Shown one piece after another: positions 1 to 12,805 of a stretch of DNA of 64,000 nucleotides. The notes under the pieces were generated by a model that saw only the letters and a program-made list of their open reading frames with translations, ran no database searches and was not told the origin of the DNA. A program made the translations under genes and the position numbers. How positions within the stretch are numbered: the first letter of the stretch is position 1; each line of letters begins with the position of its first letter. This DNA comes from Chrysomallon squamiferum (lineage: Eukaryota; Animalia; Mollusca), in assembly GCA_012295275.1 (NCBI GenBank), contig CM022676.1, forward strand, positions 2,666,001-2,730,000, read 5' to 3'.

Positions 1-45
1 AAAATGGAACATATTTATTGCTTAAATAACTGATTCATCTTTTAG

Positions 46-105
46 TTCTAGAAGAGTTGTACTACATGAATCGTGATGACAGATTACAGAATCAAGTATT
101 GCCAG
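46..105 (+). CDS. Gene 1 60-nt Tyr-containing tail exon with a GC donor
   Basis: tttag|tt cta gaa gag ttg tac tac ... ttg cca g|gcgagt; phase 1-1; LEELYYMNRDDRLQNQVLP. Confidence 0.6.
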
Positions 106-3100
106 GCGAGTACCATAAAATCATATGAAATTAGACTGAAATAACCAACTTGCACATGATACAGAGTTTATTCCAACAGAAATAAACATTTGTCTTAAAA
201 TCTGTGCTTATTATTAATAACATAAATTTATTTGAAGAAGAAAGGAAATAAGATAAAACCGTTTCTTCAACAGCTGAACAATACTGGAAATTTTCACATT
301 GCAATAGCTATTATTCTTTCTATTGCAGAAATAATATTTTATAAACTGTTAAATTTAATAGATATTTGTGGTAAAAAATTAAAACAAATAATTATTTAAT
401 TAAATTATTTTCTTGTTTTTGTTTCAGTGTTGGAGGATAATGATTTGTATTTCAAATCTGATGACAAAAAGAAACTCAGATTGCCAGGTTTGTATTACAT
501 CATGTTTAAAAAGAGACAAAGAGGGAAAAAAAGTAATAATATTAATAATAAAATAATTTACAGATAACTGATCTCTTCAGAATATAAGTTTCAGTAATAT
601 GTTGCTGTTTTTTGTTGTTGTTTTTTGATGTTTTTTTAGTTTAAAAAAATTAAAGACAGATTTATTCTGGCAGCATTTAATAATATGGAAATGAAAATTA
701 TTTTCTTATTCTGTATACAATTTTTCAATCATTACAATTAATAGTTCATTACTTAATTAATTTACTTTTAACCACATTCATATTAAAACTGTGTTGTACC
801 AATTTTTCATTACATACAACTGCTGATAATGAACATGATACGTGTTCTTTTCATTGCTAAAAAAGAGTAAATTATAATATCTTTACCCATCCATTTATCC
901 ATCATCTGTGAATTCTGTCTGTTATCTTTTTGAGTCTAATTTTGCCATAGTCTATGTATTATTTTTGCGAAATGTTAATAATAATAATAATAAAGAATTG
1001 GCTTGTAAGAATTCTTAGTTTTTAGAAATGATAAATTCATAATACATTTACACAAACATACCAGTGTCTGGTGTTGCTAACATTTTCATATTTATTAAAA
1101 TGATATCTACTGTAATTTAATATGCTGTCATTGTTATAGCAGGAAATGATTCCAGACAAGTTGATCCTAAACCAAGCACAAGTTCTGGAGTGACAGCTGA
1201 GAATACTGAAAGTCAATATTCTGTTGTAAAGACAACAAAGACTGGTCAGTCTACAAGTAATCAGAGTAAAGAAGGTAAAAAAACATTAAAAACAAATAAT
1301 AGTAAAAAAACATGAAAGGCTGACTGGGACTTGGAGCATATCTTTAATGTTGAACTCTACACCTTTTCAAATGTACTTTATATAATAGTATCCAATGACA
1401 ATCTTATTGATGTAGCTCAATGCTATCATTTCAACAGATTTTAGTCATTGTTTAATAAACCTTGAAATTATATATGGATCCAAATTATTTAAAATTTGTA
1501 TCACATTTTTTATAAAAGCTCCACACAATTTACTATTAAATATTTATTAGGTCATAACAGAAATAATACTTGTCAAAAATTAAATTGTTTCTTGCTGATG
1601 TGCTGCTTATAATACAGTATTCACAGTCATCAAAAGTCATTTATAAGTGCAACTATTATGTGGCTTTGGTGAACATATTGTTGAAATGGTGGCTGGAAAA
1701 AAGTCACAAAATGTATGGGTTTGTATTGAATGTGGCATTATAGTATGCATGGGCTAATTGTTAAACTTATTGATTAAGCTAGATTAAAGAAAGTGGCTTC
1801 ATACTGGGTCTAGCTTGGGTTTAGCTTGCTGATTAGGATATATTTAAACTAAGGGCTTCCTATTGTAAATGATTTATAAAATATCCCAGGTTAAAATTAT
1901 TTCACTATATATTCTACAGCTTGCTCTAGTATCAGAAGTATGTTTAATATTGAAGTTACTCATAGCAATAAGAGTGGTAACAAAATCTGTTATGAGGGTT
2001 CATGTATACCAAACATGCAAATCGCAAAACAAAGTTGTGGTGGAAATGCATAAACAAATATCATTGTAATTGTCGAGGTTCAACAATAACAGACTTACAG
2101 AGAGAGCCTTGAGGACTGCAAAACTGTGGTAGAATTTCTTTGTGGTATTGGGTGGAACATCCACCTAAATCATCAACATTAAAATCAAAGAACAGGTGTT
2201 TCATCTATCTTTCATTTCTTAAATTTAATAAAAAGTTGTGACATTTTTCCTAGAATTGTTGAAACACCTGCAAATAATTGAGAAGAAAAGAACATTCTTA
2301 GAAAAGAGAACTGCAAGTAGAGGATATTTCAAAACTTGTCAAATGGTTTTCTTACCATGAATAAAAGAAGAAGAAAAAAAAAATATCTATGAGCCACTTC
2401 ATACAGAAATCTGATTTGGACAGATTCTGGTTTAGAATGTATTTTTTTGTTTGTTTGTTTTTAAACATAATTGTAAGTTGCACAAATGAAATGTGTTGAC
2501 TGTATCATTAAATGAAAATCTTCCTACCTTTGTTTAAGTTAATTGTCACTTATAAAATTCATATTATTGTTTGATCAGTTAATGTTATTTCTCCTATAAA
2601 TTACAGGTGAGAAAGGTAAAACAGAGTCTGCCAATGAGAAAAAAAGAAAGAGGAAAAGCAAGATATAAAAAGAAGGGAACAAGAAAAGAAAAAGAAAGAA
2701 AAAGGTTTGTAAATTGAATTAGCAGGCTTATGCGATGAATTAATTTACACCTAAATTTAACAAGTAATATGAAATATTTTTTCTAACTATGACATTTTTA
2801 CGGGGATCCTACTCCAAATTTGGACACTCTGGTAACATAGAAATTCATACACTATCTAAAATACAGGGATCGTATGCATTTTGGAAAGTTTGGGAAAATC
2901 GGGTTTTGTTACATTGGCTGTGGAAAAAGTTATGGAAAATTATGTATGAAATAATGTATGAAAAACTGCTTTGTTTCACCAATATTCCAAAGAGTGCTGG
3001 TACAATTTATTGTTCCCATATTTAGTAATCTTGTGAAAAAATGTATGTGTTTAAAACAAGCAGTATATAAAATCACCGTGCATAATCTGGATGATCTTAT

Positions 3101-4352
3101 CGGTGTCAAATGACGTCTTGCACACCCCAGCTATGTGGGAGGCATGTATTGATACAAAGTGTATTTCGTTTCCAGTTTTTTAAGTCTGTTTAGTTATCAA
3201 CAATACATGATACTTGTTGCAAACTTTTATCAGACTGGCAGAGTAGACTTGTTGTGATAGCACTAAGTGGTCAGTGTAATTCATTACAAACTGATAATCA
3301 TATATTGTTGCATTGTTATACTTTTGGTATCAACATGCACAATGTGACATGCCACATAATGATTTAATACAACGACAATCAGCTGTTCCAACTAGTTCAA
3401 GTTTTTAAATGCAAGAACACATCCTACTTACAGAATCTGCTGATACATTATTTGAAACTGAAAATGAATATCATATATAAAGTGCACCATTATATAAACA
3501 GCCCACTGCAACACGATTTGGAATAATTTAAAGCTACTTGTTAATTGAATAAGAAGAAAGGAACACAGCCACTTTTTGTGAAGCAATATTTCTGTATTCA
3601 TATTGTTGCCAATCTGCCTTAATCATAGTCAGCTCCACTCCAAGAATAAATTTGCATTTCAAAATGCCAAAATAAATTATATTATTTTTTTGATTATTAG
3701 TAATTCTACATTGATAACACGCAACTTAGTCAAGGCAAACATGTCTACAAACTGCAGAAAAACACTTTGTTGTGATTGAGAAAGCTTGAAAATGGTTTTG
3801 CAAAATTTGGATTTGTGGCTGTGGAAAGCTTTTGAAAAATCATGGAAACTTTGACAGCCTAAGGTGCACAAACCCTGAAAATAATTGTATACCACTGTAA
3901 TAAAAATAATTTTGTCACAGCAAGGATCAGAAAGGCCGTCAGAATATGTATTAAGCAAGAAGACATACAGGCTGTTGTTTTCAGTGGCGACTGTTTAATA
4001 AATAAGCAGACATGATAACAACACCATGTCTAATGGGTATTATGGCATTACATAATCTAATTAGTCAGTTTATACAATTATTTTAATATTAATCATTGCA
4101 TCCAAAAACGTGTGTATATTTATTTATATATATTTAGATGTACGTGTGAAATTCGGTTTGTTTGATATAATTTAAATGTTAAACTATTTCTTTTACTGAA
4201 TTTATTTAATACATGTGGAGTAATTTGAAACAGAATTTAAATTTTAAAACCAAAAGTATAATAGAAACAGATAATTAATTTTTTATGACAAAATAACAAT
4301 GATAATGATAATACTCATAATAATAATAATAAATAAAAAAATAATCATTATT

Positions 4353-4383
<31 letters not shown>

Positions 4384-4476
4384 TTTTTATAGCGAAAAGA
4401 AAGTGGAGAAAAGACAGAAAGGTGTTGTTCAGATAATTTTTATTTTAAAAAGTGTGCATTTCCATAGGTGTGTTCA

Positions 4477-4572
<96 letters not shown>

Positions 4573-4732
4573 ATAATAAAAAAATAGTTATCCTTAACAA
4601 AAAGAAAATATAAAATTATTTAGATTAATATTCTATTGTTATTGCTATTATTATCATTTTCAAAAACAAAAAATATAAAATTATTTAATTCTTTATGTCA
4701 GGTTAATATTCTAGTATTAATATTACTATTAC

Positions 4733-4803
<71 letters not shown>

Positions 4804-6347
4804 ACCACTATTATTATTATTATTATTATTAACTACCACTATTTTTATTGGCTTTTATTTTCAAAATTTATTTTTAAATTTGCTTAAAGCTTAATATAAA
4901 TATTTTAATATTACTACTTATTTCAAGACATAGACCAGTTATTTAGAAACTAAATATTTTTACTAATAATAATTATAGAAATTTCTGATGACAGAAACAG
5001 AGTGGTTTACAAAGGGAACTAGTTGATTAAAGAATACTCATCTGGAATTTTTCAACACATTTAATAATATGAACGATCAGATTCCATTTGACTCATTTAC
5101 TTTTGTTTAGGAGATGTTTATGAAAATGTTGATGTAAAGGATGATGGTGCATATGCAAATGCAGCATTTGAAGGAGAAAGTGCAGCAGGTCAGAATATAC
5201 AGGTAATAAATTAACATTTATGCACAGCAGTTATTAACTAAATAAATACAGAACTTTTTTTTAAAACTAATATGAATAAAAGGATAGAATAAACACTTGA
5301 ACCCATCGTAGATAAAGGACAGCTTTGACCAGTATCATACCCAGTAAAAACAAACCTAAACAAGAACTTACTTGTAAAACTTTGAAGCTATCAATGCAAA
5401 GAAAAACCTTGCCATTAGTTCCTCATATGGGGAAGAAAACAAACAACAAAAAAACATTGTATCCAAACATTTTAATTTATTTAAAGTTTCATGAAACATT
5501 TTTTTTTTTTTATCCCAATTTGTTGTCTAATATAATACATTAAATTTTAAATTTTGTATATATAACTCTATTTGTGTGAAATATTCTGAAATTTGATTTT
5601 CTTTTAATGTGAGAGAACAAAAAAAGATTAAAAAAAGTTATAGAAAATCTGACCAAAACTCAACCTATTTCAATGTGGAGACAAAGTTACAGTGAAATCT
5701 CTTTATTTACACTGGCTCTATTTTTCTCATATACTTTTTCTCAATGAACTATATGCAAGAAGGCCTGAAATGTTTATTTTAAATTATGTAATAGAACTTT
5801 GCAGGTATCATATATTATTGCATCTTCAGCAAATAGGTATTTGGCAGAGTAACTATGGCATATAGCTGGGGTAGTAAAACAAGGTAAATTTGGGTGTATT
5901 TAAAAAATAAGTTAAATTTATGTGTATTTATTTAATTCTTTTTTTATTTGAATCTTTCTAAAGTTAACTATTTGTGTATTCCAAAAAGTTAAATTTGTGT
6001 TTCTTAAAATGCAGACAAGTATTTTGGAGGTAATAAAGGGGAGAATGATGTTATAAAGGTATTTGATTAAAAAATTTCTTCAGTGACAAAATATTTGTTG
6101 AATACTGGAAGGCCTAAAGGGTATGGTATTAAGTAGTTATACGTCTTTTTTATTTCAGGGAGCAAAGCATGGCCGAAATGAAGATGGGTTACTGTATGTT
6201 GGTATAGATTTCTCTAACGCACAACCAAATAAACCAGTTCACAAAACACAGGACAAAGTGGAGTACGTCTCCACTGACTGGAACAAGAAAGCAGAACTAC
6301 TTCCTGATGAAGATGACAAACAAACAGAGCCTAAGAGTGAAAACTAA
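46..6347 (+). CDS. Gene 1: 3' cytoplasmic-tail exons of a tyrosine-motif (ITIM-type) membrane receptor; the 5' part lies upstream of the window
   Basis: Phase-compatible exons 46-105, 428-487, 1140-1274, 2607-2704 (1 nt short), possibly 4393-4421, 5111-5202 and 6159-6347 (stop). They encode LEELYYMN.., LEDNDLYF.., SQYSVV, a K/E-rich segment, DVYENV..GAYANA and GLLYVGIDF..VEYVSTDW. The ectodomain is not visible, so IgSF membership is inferred from context. Confidence 0.75.
428..487 (+). CDS. Gene 1 60-nt Tyr-containing tail exon
   Basis: tttcag|tg ttg gag gat aat gat ttg tat ... ttg cca g|gtttgt; phase 1-1; LEDNDLYFKSDDKKKLRLP. Confidence 0.7.
1140..1274 (+). CDS. Gene 1 tail exon with ITIM-like SQYSVV
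   Basis: NAGNAG acceptor (tag/cag), donor g|gtaaaa, 135 nt and open: GNDSRQVDPKPSTSSGVTAENTESQYSVVKTTKTGQSTSNQSKE. Confidence 0.75.
2607..2704 (+). CDS. Gene 1 Lys/Glu-rich tail exon (98 nt; 1-nt shortfall in an A-run)
   Basis: ttacag|gtgag...aaag|gtttgt. As written it hits TAA; one extra A in the A7 run gives a 99-nt phase 1-1 exon GEKGKTESANEKKKKEEKQDIKRREQEKKKKEK. Confidence 0.55.
2864..3877. mobile_element. Probable non-autonomous DNA transposon (MITE-like) in a gene 1 intron
   Basis: Imperfect terminal inverted repeats CAGGGATCGTATGCA / GTGCACAAACCCTG, with similar subterminal tggctgtggaaa..atggaaa blocks at both ends; no coding capacity. Confidence 0.45.
4479..4568. repeat. Compound (GT)n(GA)n microsatellite
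   Basis: Seen directly. Confidence 0.95.
4738..4830. repeat. (TTA)n microsatellite
   Basis: Seen directly; source of the poly-Leu ORF 4636-4887. Confidence 0.95.
5111..5202 (+). CDS. Gene 1 tail exon with YENV and YANA (YxN) motifs
   Basis: tttag|ga gat gtt tat gaa aat gtt ... ata cag|gtaata; phase 1-0, matching the next exon. Confidence 0.8.
6159..6347 (+). CDS. Gene 1 terminal coding exon with a tandem ITIM-like pair
   Basis: tttcag|gga gca aag; GAKHGRNEDGLLYVGIDFSNAQPNKPVHKTQDKVEYVSTDWNKKAELLPDEDDKQTEPKSEN*. Confidence 0.85.
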   Translation, partial: GAKHGRNEDGLLYVGIDFSNAQPNKPVHKTQDKVEYVSTDWNKKAELLPDEDDKQTEPKSEN

Positions 6348-9300
6348 CTTTTTTGTTTACTTAATGAAGTTAAAATAGGAAACTATTTTTTTACTAACAA
6401 ACAATTTCATTCCAGAGATACATGTAAGTAAATGTGTATTTTACACAGTACAGTTGTTTATTTTGAACACATTTAAATGTATATGAATTTTTATATTTAT
6501 AAATAACAAAGTTGATTACTTTCTACTATACAGTGCATATTTTAGATATAAATATATTTTATTTTATTACTAAAATAAATACTACTTTGCATAATTATTA
6601 GAGTGAAACATAACACAAGTAAATTTGAGGAAATTGGATTTGAAATTTATTAACACTGATCTTTTAACCAAGGACATTTGTTAACATCTTGGTAATAGAA
6701 ACAGACATTCATCTTCATTACATATGAAGTTTGACTGAAAATAAGTTACTAATACACATATACAGAGAGTTCATTTAGTTAGAATTTTTACAAAAATGTG
6801 ATTCACTGATTCTGCAAATGTTTTCCAGATGTAACAATTTGTGATGTAGCTATTTTGTGCTAACCAGTAATGTATCCAGTTCCCAACAGATATCAAAAGT
6901 CTATCAAACATTTAGAAAACATAATTTTAGTGAAATCCAGTTATTTATGTTAAAATAATTTGCTATGTGTCAGAATTATTGTGCTTTGATTTTAATTTTA
7001 AATACAGAAACTGTAAAAAAGTTCTGGTTTGGCTGTTATATCCATTGTCTTTCATTGGCATGTCTTCTAATTATTTTCTATATACAGTTGGACCCTACTC
7101 TATCAACCATCCTAGAGTCAACATTTTTCTGTGCATGTTGAGATCACCAGCTGGTCCCATCTAAAACATGTATGACTGATATGACCCTTTCCTCTGTTGA
7201 GTTAAAATAATTCAGTCACTGTTGTGTTAGTGTTGATATATTCTTCTGGTCTCAGCTTAGGCTTTTAGCTAGACAACTAATTAGATGTGTGAGTATTTAT
7301 ATTCTGTTGAAATGAATTTATAAAAAGGTAAAGTATAGTCAGTGAGAATGTAACTGTTGCTGACTTGTTATTGTCAAAAGTTATGGTTGGTAATTAGTTT
7401 TCACTTGTCATATAAAGTATTTATCTAAAACACTGACCAAAGTATTAAATTGCCTCATCAAAATTGAAAACCCATGCTTAAGCTAGTAAATGACTTGATT
7501 TTTACATAGATATTTTTGATATAGAGCCTTGTTAAAATGAGCTGTAGTAACAAGGTCTCGGATCAGTTAGTTATTTGTTAATTACTGGAGAACCAATCTT
7601 GATATTTCTTTGGTGACATCAATGTTATTTAAGAGCTTTTAATATAAAAGTATATATTTTTTATTATTTTTTGTTTATTCTATGTTTCTTACATAGATAA
7701 AATTAAAATAGTACTTCTCAGTTTTCTATGGTAAGTGAAAATGTGTTGATAATTAAGTTGTTATTTTTGGATAAATGTGAATTAACAACATAAACAATCC
7801 CAACTACTCTTGTTCTAGTATTATTTTCTAAAATCAGTAAACACCAAAAGAAAAATATTTTAATTATTATTTATAACTTAGAGAAAAAAATGAGTTCCCT
7901 TTAAAACATTAATTAATCACAAAAATTCTGAAAAAACAACATTTAAATAAATTTATTATTTGTATGGTTTGCCATGCTTATTTTTTCTTCCTTTTCTTAT
8001 TTTTTTTTTTTTTTTTTAATGAATGACACATGAATAAGTGTTTAAAATGCTTATATTTTAAAAATGTACACTAATAAACAAAACAACAAAAAAAATGAAA
8101 ACATTAAAAGTCCAATATGTGGAATACATTTTCCAATCCTTTTGAAAGTAACTATTTTAGGATTATCTTCTTCATATATTTGAAATGCATCTTTATGGAT
8201 CAGTAGAAAATGGAACTGTTATAAGGGCATGCAAAATTAGTCCAGTAGGATTATCAAAAACTGTCTATTGGTCTAAATGAATACTTGATGAGCAGTAGTA
8301 ATTTGTATTTTAAGAAAATAATTGAGATATTGGAACAAAGAAGACAAAATCTTAAGTGCTGATTAAATTAATTATTAAGCTTTATTAAGTTAAACACTAA
8401 TGAGAACAACAGTATTGTATTTAACTAGAATGTAGCATTCCACTGATTATATGGCTGATCTGAAGAAATAAACAAAAAATATTAATTTGCACAGATGAAA
8501 ATACCACTGAAAATATTCATTACTATCTTTATCTCTGTGAAGAATTAATTTTATTTCTGAATATGAAATTTTTAATATATTTTAAAACATGATTTTCTAA
8601 CATAAAAATTAAAAATTTACATAATTTTCATAAAATTATATCTCAGACTATCTCCAGATGTGTTTTTCACCAATAGAAAGTTTAAATTGTCTTTTTTAAT
8701 ATTAATTAATGTTAGATTGTAACATTAAATTGTTTTTCATAACAGAGCAATATTTCTTCACTTTAAGAAATGAAAAGTTCAAAATAATAGTATGTGCTGT
8801 AAATTTAAAATATTTTTTATTCATGTTTACATTTGAGTGTTAAAACATAATTACAGTGTTTTTATATATATACATTTTCTGTTATTCTTTTAATTGCAAA
8901 TAAATATTTTTTCTATTGCTTTTGTATTTAACATTTATGTTTTGTTTTTAAATATATATATATACTTACAAAACAAAATGTTCAATCAGTGACACAACTG
9001 AACAATGTTAAACATACAAAGAATGTTATTGTAACTCGCCAAGTATTCTGAAGATTTGATTGTAGGTTTACTTTGGGCTGGAATGCTTTTGGACCAGTAC
9101 TCTCAAATTGTATCACTAATTTCCTAGAGTTATTTGAAGGCAGAGTGTTACCAAAAAATCACATATTTTACAACATACACAATTATTAGTCCATGTATCA
9201 AAAGCTCATGAGCCACATGTTTATAATATTTTTGATTTAGATTTACATTTGAGTGCTAAAACATTTAGTCATTACAAATACAAATTATGTTCTACTACTT

Positions 9301-9558
9301 TTGTATATGCATTGTTTGTCTTTCAAAACGGCCACAACTGGATTTATATAGTGAAAATCTAATTTCTGTGATTAATACATTTGTTTTTGTTTTAAATCTT
9401 TCTAATTTGTATACACTAACAGACTAATAATTTCTATATTGTAAAATAAAGCTCAGAACATAAATATTATTATAAGTAATAGTTAACATCTTTCTTTTAA
9501 CGTATGAATTAAAAACAAAATAATAATAATAAAAATAAACGAACAAAAGTTCACTTAC

Positions 9559-9613
9559 CTAGACAATATCTTACAATCAAGACGAAAAGAAGTAATTATG
9601 TCAACAATGCCAT
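9559..9613 (-). pseudogene. Orphan signal-peptide (leader) exon of the gene 2 family with an in-frame stop
   Basis: 55-nt ATG..G|gtaagt exon MALLT*LLLFVLIVRYCL, paralogous to 22881-22935; upstream 9620-9835 matches 22940-23170. Confidence 0.75.
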
Positions 9614-10225
9614 TGTTTATGTTGTGACAGCATCTTTCTTCCAAGTACACGAGCTGTTCTCTAGGTTAACTACCTGTGTCACGTTATTACAGCTGTCATT
9701 GTGTAAAAGTCTCTACTTTCTTCATATATTTAATTAACTTCATTTCTTACTTAGCGCCTCAGTTTATCTCTTTCTTCAGTTTAGATATAAAATAAATTAC
9801 CAAAAAGGCTTTTACAATAAACTGAATTAGTTGTACACGATATGGTCAACATATACAATTATTTTTGTTGTTACTAATTTATTTTATATCAAAGTTATAC
9901 GTTTGTTACAATTACTTTTTTGTTTTATTATTGGTATTCTCTGTTTATCCAATTTATAACAGCAGTTTCTTAGAAACGTATTTTTGAGTACATTTCTGAT
10001 ATGACATACGTTTTTCTTTTGACTAGTTTCTTTCTCGAAAAACAAAACGGAAATAATTTGAAGAAACATATTTATTATACTGTATATAACAGTTAAACAA
10101 TCATCTACTATTTATTGAATTTAGCTTTTATCAAAGAAAACATGAAGTCTCAGTGTTAGTAGATAGAATATATTAACTATTACACTAATTAAAAACATAC
10201 ACAATACAAAGTTACTTCAGTTATA

Positions 10226-10344
10226 TCATTTGTCACCTTTCTTCACATTTTCATACAGGTTCAGTTTGGTGTATTGTGGTTCTTCTCTGCTTTCTTGTAG
10301 ATCTTCATACATGTGGTCAGCTTTTACAATATTATTTTCAACAC
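10226..10344 (-). CDS. Gene 2 terminal exon, ITAM 2 plus YENV
   Basis: GVENNIVKADHMYEDLQESREEPQYTKLNLYENVKKGDK*. Confidence 0.85.
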
Positions 10345-10442
10345 CTGAAATAGTTTTAAAATTTTTAAATAAAATTTCTTCTCTTTATAAATGGCAGTGA
10401 TTTCAAGTTACAGTTTAAAAAAAAAAACTATATAGGTTTTAC

Positions 10443-10547
10443 CAGTTTGTCTCAGATTCTTGAGAATTCTTGAGTATTCAGTAGTATCTCTGTTTTGTTG
10501 AAGTCCTTCGTATGTCTGGTCTGTAACTGGACTCGGATGTTCCATAA
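10443..10547 (-). CDS. Gene 2 cytoplasmic exon, ITAM 1
   Basis: VMEHPSPVTDQTYEGLQQNRDTTEYSRILKNLRQT; 105 nt, phase 1-1. Confidence 0.85.
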
Positions 10548-10821
10548 CTGTAAAGATAACAAAAATCAGTAACTGATAAATACACAGCTATTACAAAAGC
10601 AACAGTCACTACTACAAAAACTGCTTTCGACTAGTGGTGCATAATATCATACATTAGTTCTAAAAATTAGATTTGCTATGTTATTTTTGTTTTTTAACCT
10701 TAATGTAAAAGATAAAAATACAAAGATAGCGATTATATTAAGGAAAATTAAGGGAAAACACACGTGTCAATTACTGTTACTATTTAGTTTTCAACGTTTT
10801 GTAAATTGTGTAATCAGTTAC

Positions 10822-10953
10822 CGGATTTGTTTGAAAATGGTCTGCATCTTCTAAGAAAAAAAACAATTATCACTATGAGAACAATTTCAGTCACAGAACC
10901 AAGAGCTCCTCATACAGCTGCACCAAGCAGAGAACTAGAACTACTATGTTCTT
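10822..10953 (-). CDS. Gene 2 transmembrane exon with an in-frame TGA
   Basis: EEHSSSSSLLGAAV*GALGSVTEIVLIVIIVFFLRRCRPFSNKS; 132 nt, phase 1-1. Confidence 0.8.
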
Positions 10954-11742
10954 CTGAAGTTGTAATACATAAATAACATTTATAATAACATTTGTTTCTT
11001 CTGAAAATTGAATAACGTAAAAACAAAAATTGTTATAAAACTGTAGTAATTAAACTCCATAATAACAGTTAATTCTTCAGCAGCTGTTATCATTACTTAA
11101 ACATGAATGATGTTATTATCTCTTTCTTTTGTGATCAATAATTAAAAATAAGCAATAATATAACTGTAAAATCGTAATTACAAATTATATATCAGCGTAA
11201 TGTTTGTTATTTTAAAACTGTTAAGTTTATTAATACAACAAATATTATCATTTTCTTCCTTTCAGTTAAGACAGTTTCTAATGTTAGTGAAAAGAAAGAA
11301 CAGATTTCAGGTAGGTGATTAGATTAGATTGAATATTCTACACTGATATATATATAATATTAATAAATTAATTAAATGGTTTGATGATCACTGTAAAATG
11401 CTTCCACTGAAATTCAACAAAATTCTATAAAATAAGAAAATAAATATACTTATGCACGTAGATATGCATACATACAAATGACCAATCAATCATACACACA
11501 AATAAAGACATGCACATACAGCTATATACACAGTAATACACAGAAAAATATACTCTGTTACTGAAATAAAACATTAAAAAGATGATAAATTCAATATAAG
11601 TAAATGTTAAAATTCATATAGTGAATTATATATCTCTCAACCACAAAAATACATATATTTATATTTTTAACTTGTGAAACTTATAATTATTTTTTCTTCT
11701 AGTGGTAATAATAAAAATGAATAGGATTGTCGTATTAATTAA

Positions 11743-11857
11743 TTTTAATATTTGTTTTATCTTTTAATTATTTACATTTGTGTATGTATCTATGTACATA
11801 CATACATGCATGCATACACAAATGTAAATAATTAAAAGATAAAACAAATATTAAAAT
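11743..11857. repeat. Near-perfect inverted repeat (about 44-bp arms) in the gene 2 FN3-TM intron
   Basis: ttttaatatttgttttatcttttaattatttacatttgtgtatg and its reverse complement (one indel) around a short loop. Confidence 0.85.
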
Positions 11858-11907
11858 ATTATATATATACTCAGAAAATGTGAACAAACTTAAATGAACA
11901 AAATGAA

Positions 11908-11940
<33 letters not shown>

Positions 11941-11956
11941 CATAATAATCATAATC

Positions 11957-11987
<31 letters not shown>

Positions 11988-12157
11988 TAAATATAAATAA
12001 AAATAATTTAAAAATATTAAATAAATAAAGTAAAAAGAAATAACAATACTTAGATCGACATTTAGATCAAAGTATTCTTTCAATTTAATTTATATGGATA
12101 TTTGCTTGGTGTAAAATATTTTAAAACTTTATAAAATAAAAGAAGATGCTAATTAAC

Positions 12158-12805
12158 CTTTTGTAATTGCTTGAATGGTGACATAATCACTTCTATTATC
12201 TGAAGTTCTCATGTCTTCAGCTGAAATTCTCACATCATAAACTGTTTTATCGTGGAGATTGGTGATCTTAAAAAATATTTTCTGTCCCTGTGTTGAGTCA
12301 TTAAACCATTTACTTGTCCAAGAAGTAATCCAGTTAGAGTCACTTTGTAATTTGTACTGCAGTATAAATCTTTGTTTGAAATTACCACCTGGGTAGTTAG
12401 GTAGCCAGGACAAGAACACTGTGTCTGATGTTGATTCTCTTTCTTGTTGGAACTCTTTAGGAGGAAAAGGTGGACCTGCTCCAGTTAGGTTCACAGAGAA
12501 CTCAGAGCATCCAACTTCATTACAGACAGACAGTTTGTATGTTCCAATGTCGTTTTGAGTAAAATTACTGATACTGAGATAAAACGTGTAACCAGAATTT
12601 GTTACTGTTTTACTGTGTATTTGTAATGTAACACTTTCCTGTACTACATCTGTGTTATTATAATGTGTTTGTTTATCAAAGTTATTCCAAGTAAATGTTG
12701 GGAAGTTTGGCTTGGAAAACACAGATTTGATTAGTCTGACAGGTCTTCCAGTCTCAGCTCCCAGGATACTGTTTGCCTTGGTCTCCATAGCAATCTTTGG
12801 TGTTG
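12158..12805 (-). CDS. Gene 2 membrane-proximal Ig + fibronectin type III exon
   Basis: 648 nt, phase 1-1; ..NDIGTYKLSVCNEVG..GPPFPP..VFLSWLPNYPGG..FILQYK..ITNLHDKTVYDVRISAED. Confidence 0.9.
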
